A DNA stretch of 64,000 nucleotides from Hyphochytrium catenoides (taxonomy: Eukaryota > Protista > Hyphochytriomycota): assembly GCA_900088475.1 (NCBI GenBank), contig FLMG01002232.1, positions 1 to 64,000 of the forward strand, in the 5' to 3' direction. The notes under the pieces were generated by a model. The model searched no databases, was not told the DNA's origin, and saw only the letters and a program-made list of their open reading frames with translations. Position numbers and translations under genes: made by a program. Numbering within the stretch: position 1 is the stretch's first letter; each line of letters opens with the position of its first letter. This document shows, piece by piece, positions 11,513 to 21,633 of this stretch.

Positions 11513-14500
11513 ATGGAAGAAAGAAAGAGGGATATCAGACCTCGGAGAGAGGGAAGAGACGAAGCTCCAGGAAGACGCACCACCGCTGGCAGAGAACGGG
11601 CGGAAGAAGAGAGGAAGACTGCGGAGAATGGGACAAAGCCTTCCCCTGGAAGAGGAAGAGGGAAGGAAGAGAGAAGACAGAACTTTGACGCCTCAATCAC
11701 TCTTCCTCGCGCTGTCTGGGCCTCAGAGCTCACGAAGGAGAGGCCCAAAGAGATATCTTCTTTCCTCGAGTCTGCGCTGCGAGTGCATTGGGTCGACGAG
11801 CTCGTCCTCTTCCTCTCCACAGAGCAAGGAGTGAAGAAGCTGAACGCCATTCTTTCCTCTCCCTTATCGTTGACAGGATCTACGGGGAGAGAGAGGACCT
11901 TCCAGAGTATTGGCTTGAACTTCTTGAGACTCTGCACCGGAGAGAAGTTGCTCTCCTCTTCTCATGCTTCTGCAGTGCGGACCATCTATAGAGTGATATA
12001 CTATCTGTTCTTGGAGAGCTTCATTCACACTCTGAAGACAGAGAAGAAGCATTTGAAAAGGTTGGGCCTTCTCTCTCCATCTCTTTCACTTCTCTCTTCA
12101 CTTCTCTCTGCGCTATGCACCAAGGTACCAGGAGCCGCTTCTGACCCCGAGATCCGTCGCTGTGCTGAGGACTTGACAAGCTGGATTATTACTGAGAACC
12201 TGACGGGGGATGCAGAAGAGAAATCTCTCCAGACCTTGAGAGCGACTCTTCGTGTTTGTCAGCAGCTAGGGCAAAGAGAAGAGAGAGAGGAGTCGTCGGG
12301 AACACATCCTGCTTCAAGCTCTGACTACCGTCTGAGGTCGACCAATGGCTCTCTTTCTCTCCTTTCTTCCCTACGGCTCGCCCGTCCTTCTCATCCCTCA
12401 GGCCCTCGGCACGACAATGACCCAGAGGACTTCCGAAGAATTCAGATCGTGCCTACACAGGAGGAGATCCTCTCCTTGGAAGAGCCGTTCCTCCCTCAAG
12501 TGGGAGAAGTAAGGCCAAGGGAGGAAGGCCTCGAAGCAGAAGATGAGGAAGAAGAATTGGAAGAAAAGTTTCGACTTCATTTGGACCGGCACTTCCGCCT
12601 TCTTCGCGAAGATTTCTTGGCGCCCTACCGTCGAGCCATTCAATGGCTGCTAGGGCCCGGCCCCATCTATGAAAGGCTGCAGGGGTCGAAGCAGAGCACG
12701 AGAGAGAGAAAAGAAGAGAACATCCCTCGCCTATTCGTCCTCTCTGGAGTACAAGTGCAGGGAGTCAAGGCTGACCTTAGATGCGGAATCTTACTCAGTT
12801 TCTCTTGTCGCCAACCTCCAGCGGTGCAGCAGATGAGTAAGGCGAAAGAGAGGCGTCAGTACTGGGAGAATAGTAAGATGCTTCAGCCTGGTGCCTTGGT
12901 CGCCATCGCGGTGGGAGTTCCTAGCTTCTTCGTTTCTTCCTCTCCTTCAAAAGAGAGAGCCAACGAAGAGGGAGGAGCAGACGGCAACGCTAATTCCTTT
13001 CCAAGGTTTAGAGAGGTCGGAGCAGAGCTCATCCTGTTCGCTGTAGTGGCAGAAGGAGATGTAAACTCTGCAATCCGGCGGTCCCATGACCCGAAGGAGC
13101 TAGTGGTGCATTTGAAAGTCTTTCTGCCATCCAGTCAGATCCTGACGCTGGGAAAGAGGATGGAGACTGAAGGAGGATATCCCCCGCGGCAGCAGACGCA
13201 GAACCTTCTCGTGCAAGCTTCATCTGTCTTCTTCCCTGGATACGACCCAGTGCTACGCAGCCTCCAAGCCCATGGAGAAGAGAGGGACGGCGTTCCAAAG
13301 GATATTCAACGCATTATCTGCGCGATGGCAGGAGAAGAAATCTGGACTACTCCGCCCGCTTACCTTCTTCAATCTCAGCCACCGAGGGCCTATGACATCA
13401 TCCGTACTCCAGCACCTCTGTCCCATTCGATTACCTTTAACCTCGAGCACCTGGTTGCGGAGGGACGCCATTCAGCGATGGACCTAAGGAAGGTGGCAGT
13501 GCAAGACTATCCTCGTCTTAAGGAGCTCTTGCACTATGAAGAGGCACAAGGGAACCTTCTTCTGGATGGTTCGCAGGTTGAAGCTTTTTGTGCGGCGTTG
13601 ACCCATCAATGCTGCCTCATTCAAGGGCCCCCAGGGACTGGAAAGTCTTATGTTGGCACTATTATTGTGCGGACCATTCTTCGCCAGCGTTCTCTCGTGG
13701 AGACTTCGTCCCATTCTTCTTCTGCCTCAGGGCGCCGTGCCCCACGGGTGGTTCCAATCCTCTGCGTTTGCTATACAAACCATGCGCTGGATCAATTTCT
13801 AGAAGGCCTAGTAGAGGCGGGCATTGAGAAGGAGAAGATAATAAGAATGGGCGGTAGAAGTAAGTCCTCTCTCCTTGAGGAGAGGAACCTGACTTTCCTC
13901 ATGAGAGGGGGTAAAGGAGGTGGGAGAAGTAGAGAGGAGTCACGGGCGTTGAAGGCTCAGTTTGCCCGATATCGAGAGTTAGAAGACGGGCTAAAAGACT
14001 ATGCAGAAAGTCTCTCTCTCTCTCCCTCTTCTAACTTCCAGCAGTTCCAGAAGTGGATGAAAGAGTTCTACCCTGAGCAGCTGGAGAATATCACCGGCAC
14101 TGAGGACGAGGACGGCTTTCAACTCGTGGGCAAAGGAGGAAAGCAATTCACCGCCTTCCAGAGGTGGCAAAGCTGGATAAGCGGGAAGAGTGAAGTACCG
14201 GTTTACCGTCCCCTGAGGAAAGAGATGGACAATGCTGAGTTAACCACTGCCTCTCCGCTCCTCTCTTCCTCTTCTCGATCCTCCTCCGCTTCTTCTCTCC
14301 TCGATCTTGACTCTGCTGCTCTTAGCAGAGAGCAGGAGCAGACGGAGGCTGCGCCAGGTGAAGATGTCGACCTAGAGGAACTGGAGGACAGCGAGACCCC
14401 TTTCTCTATTGGGGAGAGGATAGGAGATTCTCTTGAGACAACAGAAGGCGAGGCAGAGAGTCTTCTGCAGCTAAACTTCTGTACCATGTGGCTTCTTTCC

Positions 14501-17500
14501 CCTGAGCAGCGGCTGGCAGTGGCTTCGTATTTGAATGAGCGCTTTATGCAGCACAGAGCCGAACAGTTTCAGCGGATTGTTGCGGAGTGTGAGGAGGTTG
14601 TGCAGAGGAGACGGGAGCTTGAAGATGCTGAAAAACTTCGTCTTCTTCGCTCCTCTCATATTGTGGGAGTGACCACCACTGGCTGCGCAAAGTATCGGGA
14701 GCTATTAACAAGTCTGAGGCCATCCATCGTCATCTGTGAAGAAGCTGGCGAGGTCCTCGAAGCGCAGATACTGTCATCGATCTCTCCCGGCCTCAAACAG
14801 CTGATTATGATAGGAGACCACCTACAGCTGCGCCCCAAAGTTGAAGAATACTCTCTTTCTGCCGTATCTGGACGAGGATATGGCCTGGATATATCACTCT
14901 TCGAGAGGCTAGTCTGTGAGAGGACTGCACACTATATGAAGGAGAGCGAGGGGCAGCGGGGAAGGGATCCAAGGGACATAATGAACGAGAAGGGAATTTT
15001 GGTCACATTAAAGACTCAGAGGAGGATGAGACCCGAGATCGCAGATTTGGTTCGTCTGACTCTGTATGAGGACCTCAAGGACTCTGCCTGTGTCAGGGAC
15101 TATCCGCCCCTAAAAGGCTTCACCAGCTCTCTCTACTTTCTCGACCATCAGCACAAAGAGAAAGAAAGTGGGGGCATTTCCAAGCAGAATGACTTTGAAG
15201 CGCGGATGGTGGTCGAGCTCGTGGAGTACCTTCTGCGACAGGGCTGCTACGGCACTGAAGACAAGACAATTGCTGTTCTTACCCCTTACTTGGGCCAACT
15301 GGTGCTTATACGAAGGTACCTGTTGGAGAGAAGGATAGCGATGTCTGTGGAAGAGAAGGATGAGGAAATGATCAAAGAGGAGGAGGAAGATGAAGAGAGA
15401 GAGAGCTCCCCGCAATCTACGCCGTCTCTCTCGTCTACGCCGCTTATTCAGGTCCGCAGTTTGCACAGCTGTGTGCATCTCTCCACAGTTGATAATTTCC
15501 AAGGGAACGAGGCTGCAGTTATCCTTCTTTCTACCGTGAGATGCAACGCTGAGGGCCGCGTCGGGTTTCTAAAGATGAGCAATCGAGTGAACGTCATGCT
15601 CTCTAGAGCCAGAGAAGGGATGATCGTACTGGGCTCGACAAGCACTATAAGACAGAGTAGAGGTGCCACCATGCTTCATGCCGTATTGGAGCTCTTGGAA
15701 GACAGAAACATGTTGGGTTCAGCGCTTCAGCTTCGCTGTCAGCTCCATGGGCGGGAAAATAGTGTCAGCTCACCTGAAGACTTCAGGGTCAAAGTCCCAG
15801 ACGGCGGATGTCTACTTCCCTGCCGAGCACGCCTTCCATGCGGTCACGTTTGCCCTCGTGCCTGCCATGTAGACGATGCCTCACACAATGCTGCTTCTTT
15901 GAGATGCCTGGAGCCATGCGCAAAGGTACTACCCTGCGGTCACCCCTGCACGGAGCGGTGTTGTCAGCCTTGTGTCTGTAGAAAGCTGGTAAAGAACGTT
16001 CCGTTGCCATGCGGTCACGTCTTGCAATCTGTGGCTTGCAATGAACTGCATAGGCAAGATGGCAGGCTACCTCTCTGTCATCACCCCGTTACGATCTCTT
16101 TGCCTCTCTGCGGGCACAACGTCCAGGTCCCCTGCCATGAGCTTCAATCAGCGCGAAAGGACGGTGATGCCGAGGGCACAATGAAGATAAGCTGGCTTAG
16201 AAAGAAGTCTTATTCTTGCTCGCATCCATGCGGAGCTGTTCGTGCCGACTGCTCCCATCCTTGTTCTCTTCGTTGCGGCTTATGCCTTGTCGCCAACCTT
16301 TCTGACGCTGAAGAAGCCTTTGCCAAAGCTCTGAAGGAAGCTAGAGAGAGGGTAACTGAAGGAAGTAATATCCTTGAATGGAACGAACATGGAGGCCCCT
16401 GCCAGCAACCTTGCAACCGAGCACTGCTCTGTGGACATCTTTGCACAGCATCTCCCTGCCACAAAGCTGGACAATGTCCTCCTTGTCCGCTACCTTGTCC
16501 AAACGCCTGTCCCCACTCAGCGTGCCAGAAGCTGTGTAAGGCGCCCTGCCCTTCTTGTGCGGAACCCTGCCCCTGGTCATGTACCCACCAGGGCCAATGT
16601 CCACTGCCTTGTGGCTCACCTTGTATCCGCTTACCCTGTGATCAGCGTTGTGAAAGAAGGTTGCAGGGATGTGGGCATCAGTGTCCCGGCCTTTGTGGGG
16701 AAGATTGTCCGGCCTCGGAATACTGCCCAAGCTGCGGCCCTAGGGCGGCGAAGGGCGATGAGGTGGTAGACCTCATTCTCCTGACAGCGCTGAAGGATCA
16801 TGACCCTTCTGACTCTCCTCTAATACGTCTCCCTTGCGGGCATATCTTCACCGTGGAAACTCTCGATGGCTGTGTGGGCATAGAGTCGCTCTATGTAAGG
16901 GCAGAGAGCCCATCCGGGGGAGAACGAGAGGCATGTTGGGTTGCAGCGCTTCCCCTTTCCCATTCTACTTCTTTCGGAGCGTCCCCTCCCGCTTGCCCTC
17001 ATTGTAGACAGCCTATTTATGGTGTCAGAAGGTACGGGCGTGCGATAAATTACGCTGTCCTCCAATCAGCAGAAAAAAAGTTTCAGGGGGAGACGTCTCG
17101 GGCCATTCTTCAGCTGCAAACGCAACGGAGGACGGTGCAGCGGGTCCTGGAAACTTTAAGTGACACGAAAGGGCAGAGAGCGAAGAGAAAGCGATGGGAA
17201 TCTCGCTGGGACCGCTTACTAAGGATAGAAAATATGGCAAGAAAGCAAGTGCAGATGAAGACGCCTACTGAGGAAGTCTTGGAAAAGGAGATAAGCCGCC
17301 TCTCGCAGCTCTTTACGACTACGGATAGCAATGCGACCAAGGACCTCAATCTTTCAACATACCGGCAGACATTCCAGCACAAACCAATGATAGACTCTCG
17401 CTTAGAGCTTCTCTCCATTCAGGAGCTTCTTTTCCGCCTTTATGCGGCGCAGGACTGGAACACCGAGGGCGGGACAGTGTGTCCAAACGTAGAGCAGGAA

Positions 17501-18196
17501 TATAAAGGACGAGAGCACCGGAAAGGGGGATCTAGTCGAGGCCATACGGATCGAGAAAGAGAGAGTCATTTCGTGGAGACATATGAAAACGGAGTCAAGA
17601 CAGAGAAGAGGTTGCTGGAGCTATGTGAAGAGTCTCGATCCGAGTCTTCTCAGTGTAAAGCGCTGATCTTGGGCATTCACTTCCGGGCTTCCTACATCCA
17701 GGCTCTTACAAGTGTTCCACGCAAGAGCAGAGAGAGGCGAGAAGAATCGAATGAGGAGGAACGAGAAGCGGAGCTCTCAATTGAGAAGATTAGAGAGGAA
17801 TTGTCTGAGACTATGGAGAGGCATTTTGAAAAGCTCACTTCTCTGTGCAGCAGCGAAGTCTTGTCAAGCTATGGGAGAGAGCTACCACGATTACGGAGGT
17901 TGATTGATCTCAGTCGCGGTGTCCCGTTCTATAGCGAGATCAGCGCAGAAGAAAGGCTACAGATATGGCAAGCGATGGAGACGGAGGGGCTAAGTGAGCA
18001 CATGTACGGAGGGTTCGGGTGGCACTGGTATCAATGCCCAAACGGCCATCCTTATTACATTGGAGAGTGTGGAGGAGCGAATGAAGCCAGAGCTTGCCCA
18101 GAGTGTGGCGCGGGGATCGGGGGAGGTAGTCATCGAGTTGCAGAGGGAAACACTTCTGCCAGGGCCTTCTTCCAGCCAGCGTTACAAGGAAGCTAG
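11513..18196 (+). CDS. ZNFX1: ZNFX1-like SF1 (UPF1-like) RNA helicase with NF-X1 zinc fingers, RING-like segment and C-terminal RZ-type zinc finger; single exon
   Basis: GPRHDND, HLDRHFRLLREDF, QGPPGTGKS (Walker A), CYTNHALDQFLE, EEAGE, IGDHLQLRP, SLFERL, QRRMR, TPYLGQ, TVDNFQGNE, RVNVMLSRA; repeated LPCGHxC fingers; LPCGHIFT...CPHCRQP; WYQCPNGHPYYIGECGGANEARACPECGAGIGG. First in-frame ATG at 11513. Confidence 0.93.
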   Translation: MEERKRDIRPRREGRDEAPGRRTTAGRERAEEERKTAENGTKPSPGRGRGKEERRQNFDASITLPRAVWASELTKERPKEISSFLESALRVHWVDELVLFLSTEQGVKKLNAILSSPLSLTGSTGRERTFQSIGLNFLRLCTGEKLLSSSHASAVRTIYRVIYYLFLESFIHTLKTEKKHLKRLGLLSPSLSLLSSLLSALCTKVPGAASDPEIRRCAEDLTSWIITENLTGDAEEKSLQTLRATLRVCQQLGQREEREESSGTHPASSSDYRLRSTNGSLSLLSSLRLARPSHPSGPRHDNDPEDFRRIQIVPTQEEILSLEEPFLPQVGEVRPREEGLEAEDEEEELEEKFRLHLDRHFRLLREDFLAPYRRAIQWLLGPGPIYERLQGSKQSTRERKEENIPRLFVLSGVQVQGVKADLRCGILLSFSCRQPPAVQQMSKAKERRQYWENSKMLQPGALVAIAVGVPSFFVSSSPSKERANEEGGADGNANSFPRFREVGAELILFAVVAEGDVNSAIRRSHDPKELVVHLKVFLPSSQILTLGKRMETEGGYPPRQQTQNLLVQASSVFFPGYDPVLRSLQAHGEERDGVPKDIQRIICAMAGEEIWTTPPAYLLQSQPPRAYDIIRTPAPLSHSITFNLEHLVAEGRHSAMDLRKVAVQDYPRLKELLHYEEAQGNLLLDGSQVEAFCAALTHQCCLIQGPPGTGKSYVGTIIVRTILRQRSLVETSSHSSSASGRRAPRVVPILCVCYTNHALDQFLEGLVEAGIEKEKIIRMGGRSKSSLLEERNLTFLMRGGKGGGRSREESRALKAQFARYRELEDGLKDYAESLSLSPSSNFQQFQKWMKEFYPEQLENITGTEDEDGFQLVGKGGKQFTAFQRWQSWISGKSEVPVYRPLRKEMDNAELTTASPLLSSSSRSSSASSLLDLDSAALSREQEQTEAAPGEDVDLEELEDSETPFSIGERIGDSLETTEGEAESLLQLNFCTMWLLSPEQRLAVASYLNERFMQHRAEQFQRIVAECEEVVQRRRELEDAEKLRLLRSSHIVGVTTTGCAKYRELLTSLRPSIVICEEAGEVLEAQILSSISPGLKQLIMIGDHLQLRPKVEEYSLSAVSGRGYGLDISLFERLVCERTAHYMKESEGQRGRDPRDIMNEKGILVTLKTQRRMRPEIADLVRLTLYEDLKDSACVRDYPPLKGFTSSLYFLDHQHKEKESGGISKQNDFEARMVVELVEYLLRQGCYGTEDKTIAVLTPYLGQLVLIRRYLLERRIAMSVEEKDEEMIKEEEEDEERESSPQSTPSLSSTPLIQVRSLHSCVHLSTVDNFQGNEAAVILLSTVRCNAEGRVGFLKMSNRVNVMLSRAREGMIVLGSTSTIRQSRGATMLHAVLELLEDRNMLGSALQLRCQLHGRENSVSSPEDFRVKVPDGGCLLPCRARLPCGHVCPRACHVDDASHNAASLRCLEPCAKVLPCGHPCTERCCQPCVCRKLVKNVPLPCGHVLQSVACNELHRQDGRLPLCHHPVTISLPLCGHNVQVPCHELQSARKDGDAEGTMKISWLRKKSYSCSHPCGAVRADCSHPCSLRCGLCLVANLSDAEEAFAKALKEARERVTEGSNILEWNEHGGPCQQPCNRALLCGHLCTASPCHKAGQCPPCPLPCPNACPHSACQKLCKAPCPSCAEPCPWSCTHQGQCPLPCGSPCIRLPCDQRCERRLQGCGHQCPGLCGEDCPASEYCPSCGPRAAKGDEVVDLILLTALKDHDPSDSPLIRLPCGHIFTVETLDGCVGIESLYVRAESPSGGEREACWVAALPLSHSTSFGASPPACPHCRQPIYGVRRYGRAINYAVLQSAEKKFQGETSRAILQLQTQRRTVQRVLETLSDTKGQRAKRKRWESRWDRLLRIENMARKQVQMKTPTEEVLEKEISRLSQLFTTTDSNATKDLNLSTYRQTFQHKPMIDSRLELLSIQELLFRLYAAQDWNTEGGTVCPNVEQEYKGREHRKGGSSRGHTDRERESHFVETYENGVKTEKRLLELCEESRSESSQCKALILGIHFRASYIQALTSVPRKSRERREESNEEEREAELSIEKIREELSETMERHFEKLTSLCSSEVLSSYGRELPRLRRLIDLSRGVPFYSEISAEERLQIWQAMETEGLSEHMYGGFGWHWYQCPNGHPYYIGECGGANEARACPECGAGIGGGSHRVAEGNTSARAFFQPALQGS

Positions 18197-18573
18197 ACGA
18201 GTTGCACAACGCAGCGAGACAAAGGAACAAAACGTGATCTGACCCGCTTGAGAAGCGTGGGGTGGGAGAGCTTTATAAAACTTTGACTCGGGATGTTGTT
18301 AAGAGCAGTGTATCAGCTTCTTAATGGGCCGTGGCAGATGCCATCGGTGCGATTCCGTTTGGCTCTACTTTTATCCTAGTTCTAGCATACTTTAGTTCTG
18401 CGGCCGCTGCTACCCTTGGCTGAGGCCTGAAGAAGGACCTCTCTATATCTTACAGGGCGACTAGTGCCGTATCCGACTTCCTTGAATAGAGAAGAAGGCA
18501 TTCTTGGAGGCCATCTCTTGACTGTCATATCGAGAGTTGCTGCCGGTTCCATTCTTTCCTGATGGCTTCTTAG

Positions 18574-20772
18574 CTAGGCCCATTGCTTGAGCCTGCTATA
18601 ACCTCCGGGGCGATGTTTGTCTAACAGTCTCCTGAAGTAGAACACCTGGCCAAGCAAGACGGCCAAATAAAGCAAACTTTCCAAGACAGAGTACCACTTC
18701 GATGATGACTTCATGGACTGTTGGACTACATAGCAAGGAGGATAAGTGAGATACAGCGCCTGCCATCTTCTCGCCAAGAGAGAGAGATAGAGCAGCACAG
18801 AAGAGCAGAGGATGGAGAAGATACTTAAGCCAGATTACCTGCTATCTGGCTCATAGTATGCCACTGATAGAGCTGTTGCTCCGACTCCACGACGCCTAGC
18901 TTTGATTCTACTCGAAACAGAGCTTCTTCCACAGGTTTCAAGTTCTCTGAGGTCAGAAGGCGACAGGGCAAAGGGATGAAGGGAAAGAGTGAGAACCTTT
19001 TAGGGTTTACGACTGAGTGCATAGACAGCCACTTTGCCATGGCATAGGCAATGAAGAGATAAGATAAACCCCGAGGGAACAGCCTACGGAAGCGGTAATA
19101 TGACCTTACTTGCGTTGATAGGGTGATTCTTCTTAAGCGTTTCAGTCGCAATGGTGATTCGTTTCGGATCGCCATAGTGCACGTTGTTAAAGCAGATTGA
19201 GTAGGTGCCCAAGGTGCTGAGGAAGAGAAAGAGAGATAGAGGGATCATTAAAATCCATACGCCCAAGAGAGACAGAGACGCATGAGGAACTCCAGCTCCA
19301 CTCGTCCACTTGTATGGTGTTAAGGTAAGCCTAAATCGAAAAGTATCACTTACACGACTGGAGCTCGGAAGAAGCCTTGCGGCTCACGCGATATCGTCCA
19401 GATCATCTTCCCATCAGGGTCACTTATCTATAGCAAGGCAAGAATTAGAACAAACAAGGCAAAAGGAGAGCTTGAACCGGAGAGATAGGCGACGCGTAAT
19501 TTGGAGTTAGTTGAAGCTTTTAAGAGGAGGAAGGAGCAATGGAAGGACAAAACATCCAGGATACTGATATGACCATCGGAACAGATTCTAGAATTGCACG
19601 GCAAAGATGGATAGAAGCTTAAGATTAAAGAGGATCGCAGCTTGTGGAGGAACCTCTTGCCTGAACATCAATCTCATTCTCAGCAGAGGACACATAGTAT
19701 CCCACTGCGAGGACTTCACTCTCACCCAAGTCCACAGTGATATCCTCATAGAAGCATTCGAAGCTGCCCGCCGGCACCACGAAGGTCAGAGAGCTGGACG
19801 CCGCGAAGTCAAAGTCCTCGAGCTGTCCCACATTTCCTACGGTGGCCTCCTAAAGAGCATCCACCCATTCAGCGTTTGAAGAAGGACAGCCCGAGAAGAC
19901 AGGGCATGTGAGCCGAACTTCCCCGTAATGAATACAATATAAAAATAGATGGGCACAGAGAGCTAATGAGGAGTGGCAAGACTGCTCGAAGCATAGCACG
20001 AGGGAAAGGAAAGCCCAGGGACGCGAAGACTAACAGAGATGTGGAAGAAGCTCTAAACCAGTACAAAGGGAGGTCAGATCAAGGCAAGCCGCTACAAGAG
20101 GTAGGCAATCCAGGCAAGCGCTGGCAAGACTTTTAGAGTAACAGAGTAGCTGATGGCGGCCGAAACCTTGCGTGCGGTAAAGACAAAAGAGGTGGCGACC
20201 GGGCGGTAGTGGAGAGACAGCAGCAAGAACTACAGTCTTGTCTTACCTTCACTGCCTGCTCAAACCTCTCGTCAATGTTCCCAAAGTCATCGGCAACAAC
20301 TTCTGGCCTAAGCCGATCCTTGCCCATATCACCCAAGGAGCTTTGTTGAGCTGTTTAGAGAGTGAGATAGGATATACAAGTGATAAATTGCTTGAGGTCA
20401 GTGTCACGACATTGCCTCAGAACGAGCGAACCAAGCGGTGAACTTCTAGTCACGACCTTTTGCTGAGGCTTTTGATGCTGTGTCTGCCTTCGTGGCTCCT
20501 GTCGTAGGTCCTTGTGTGGTAGAGCTTACCGCCGGTCCAGCAGGTGCTGTCGATGTTGCCTTTGGAGTGCCAGATGAGGATTGAGAGCCTGTCTCCCCTG
20601 CAGTTGATGGAGGAGGAGTAGGAGCGGCTGTCGTGGAGGAGACCATGGAAGGGGCAGCAGGTTTCGAATTAGATGTATCTGTGCTTTCTGCTGAAAGGCA
20701 AAGACCGCATCTCTCAAGGGAGATCGCGGCACATAAGAGCATAATCCATCCCGCTGTGTTATGCAACTTCAT
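18574..20772 (-). CDS. emp24/gp25L/p24 (TMED, GOLD domain) cargo receptor with Ser/Thr/Pro-rich N-terminal extension; about 7 exons
   Basis: Signal-like MKLHNTAGWIMLLCAAISL; GOLD LTFVVPAGSFECFYEDI, IDVQ|ISDPDG, GTYSICFNN; coiled coil LKPVEEALFRVESKL; WYSVLESLLYLAVLLGQVFYFRRLL transmembrane segment and tail. Confidence 0.85.
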
Positions 20773-21633
20773 GACTCCAAAAAATCTGCAGGTGCACTTG
20801 AAGAGCACGCTTGCTTGCTGGCAAATGAAGAGACAGATTACCGCAGATCAGGAACTGGTAAGCCGTCCGTTGCCCCTCACAGTTGACAACGCAGCTCTTC
20901 CTGATTGGCCAGAGCTCTTAGGAGCTAGGAAGCGGCGCCTTTGTTCTGCTAAGGAATAGAACGAAGGCGATACTGCTGGCGGCGCTTTGAACAGAAGATG
21001 AAAATGTATGTTGACAGGAAAGATCTTCACAAGGTTGGTGAGACTTTTTCTTGGTACGCTAACGGCTATATCTGCATCGGTTCTCAAGTACAACTGAGAC
21101 AGAGCGAGAGACAGAGTGAAGGGAGGGAGAAAGAAGAGAGATAGGCGAAGAAAGAGAAAGACGGCCTTCGGAGTCTATTGCTTGCCGTTATCGGCCATCT
21201 GTCTGCAAATGTGGTGGCGATGGGGGAGGAGAAGTGGTCCTGAGACAACGATGCCAGTGCTTTTGACAGCCGATGATAGTCAGACTCTCATCAGTCACTA
21301 TCGCCCTGCAAGCTCCATTCGGCAGCAATAGTGACCGGAGACAGTCACCAAATCCTGTAGCACCCGCAGCCAAGCCGCTTCCCCGGGTAACATCCGCCTA
21401 CCCAGCGCGTGGAAGACAGCTCCCCACTGAAGAATCAAAGTGCGCCACCAGCGCCAGCGCCAGCGGATGCAAGTGATCATCTGCTGCTAGACGAGACAGT
21501 CTTTAGGAAGGCTCGTAAGTCCAAGAGTTTCACCTAACGGCCACTTGCCAGTTAAGCACTTTTTGCTTGTCAACCATCTCTTTTCGTCTGCTCACCCTCA
21601 ACAACAGCCCTCTTGCTACCACCTTATATTAAG

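Noticed and set aside
9827-11937. Many ORFs rich in ERER/SLSL (e.g. 11071-11937 minus)
   Set aside because: Translations of GA/CT microsatellites or antisense to the ZNFX1-like gene, with no domain content.
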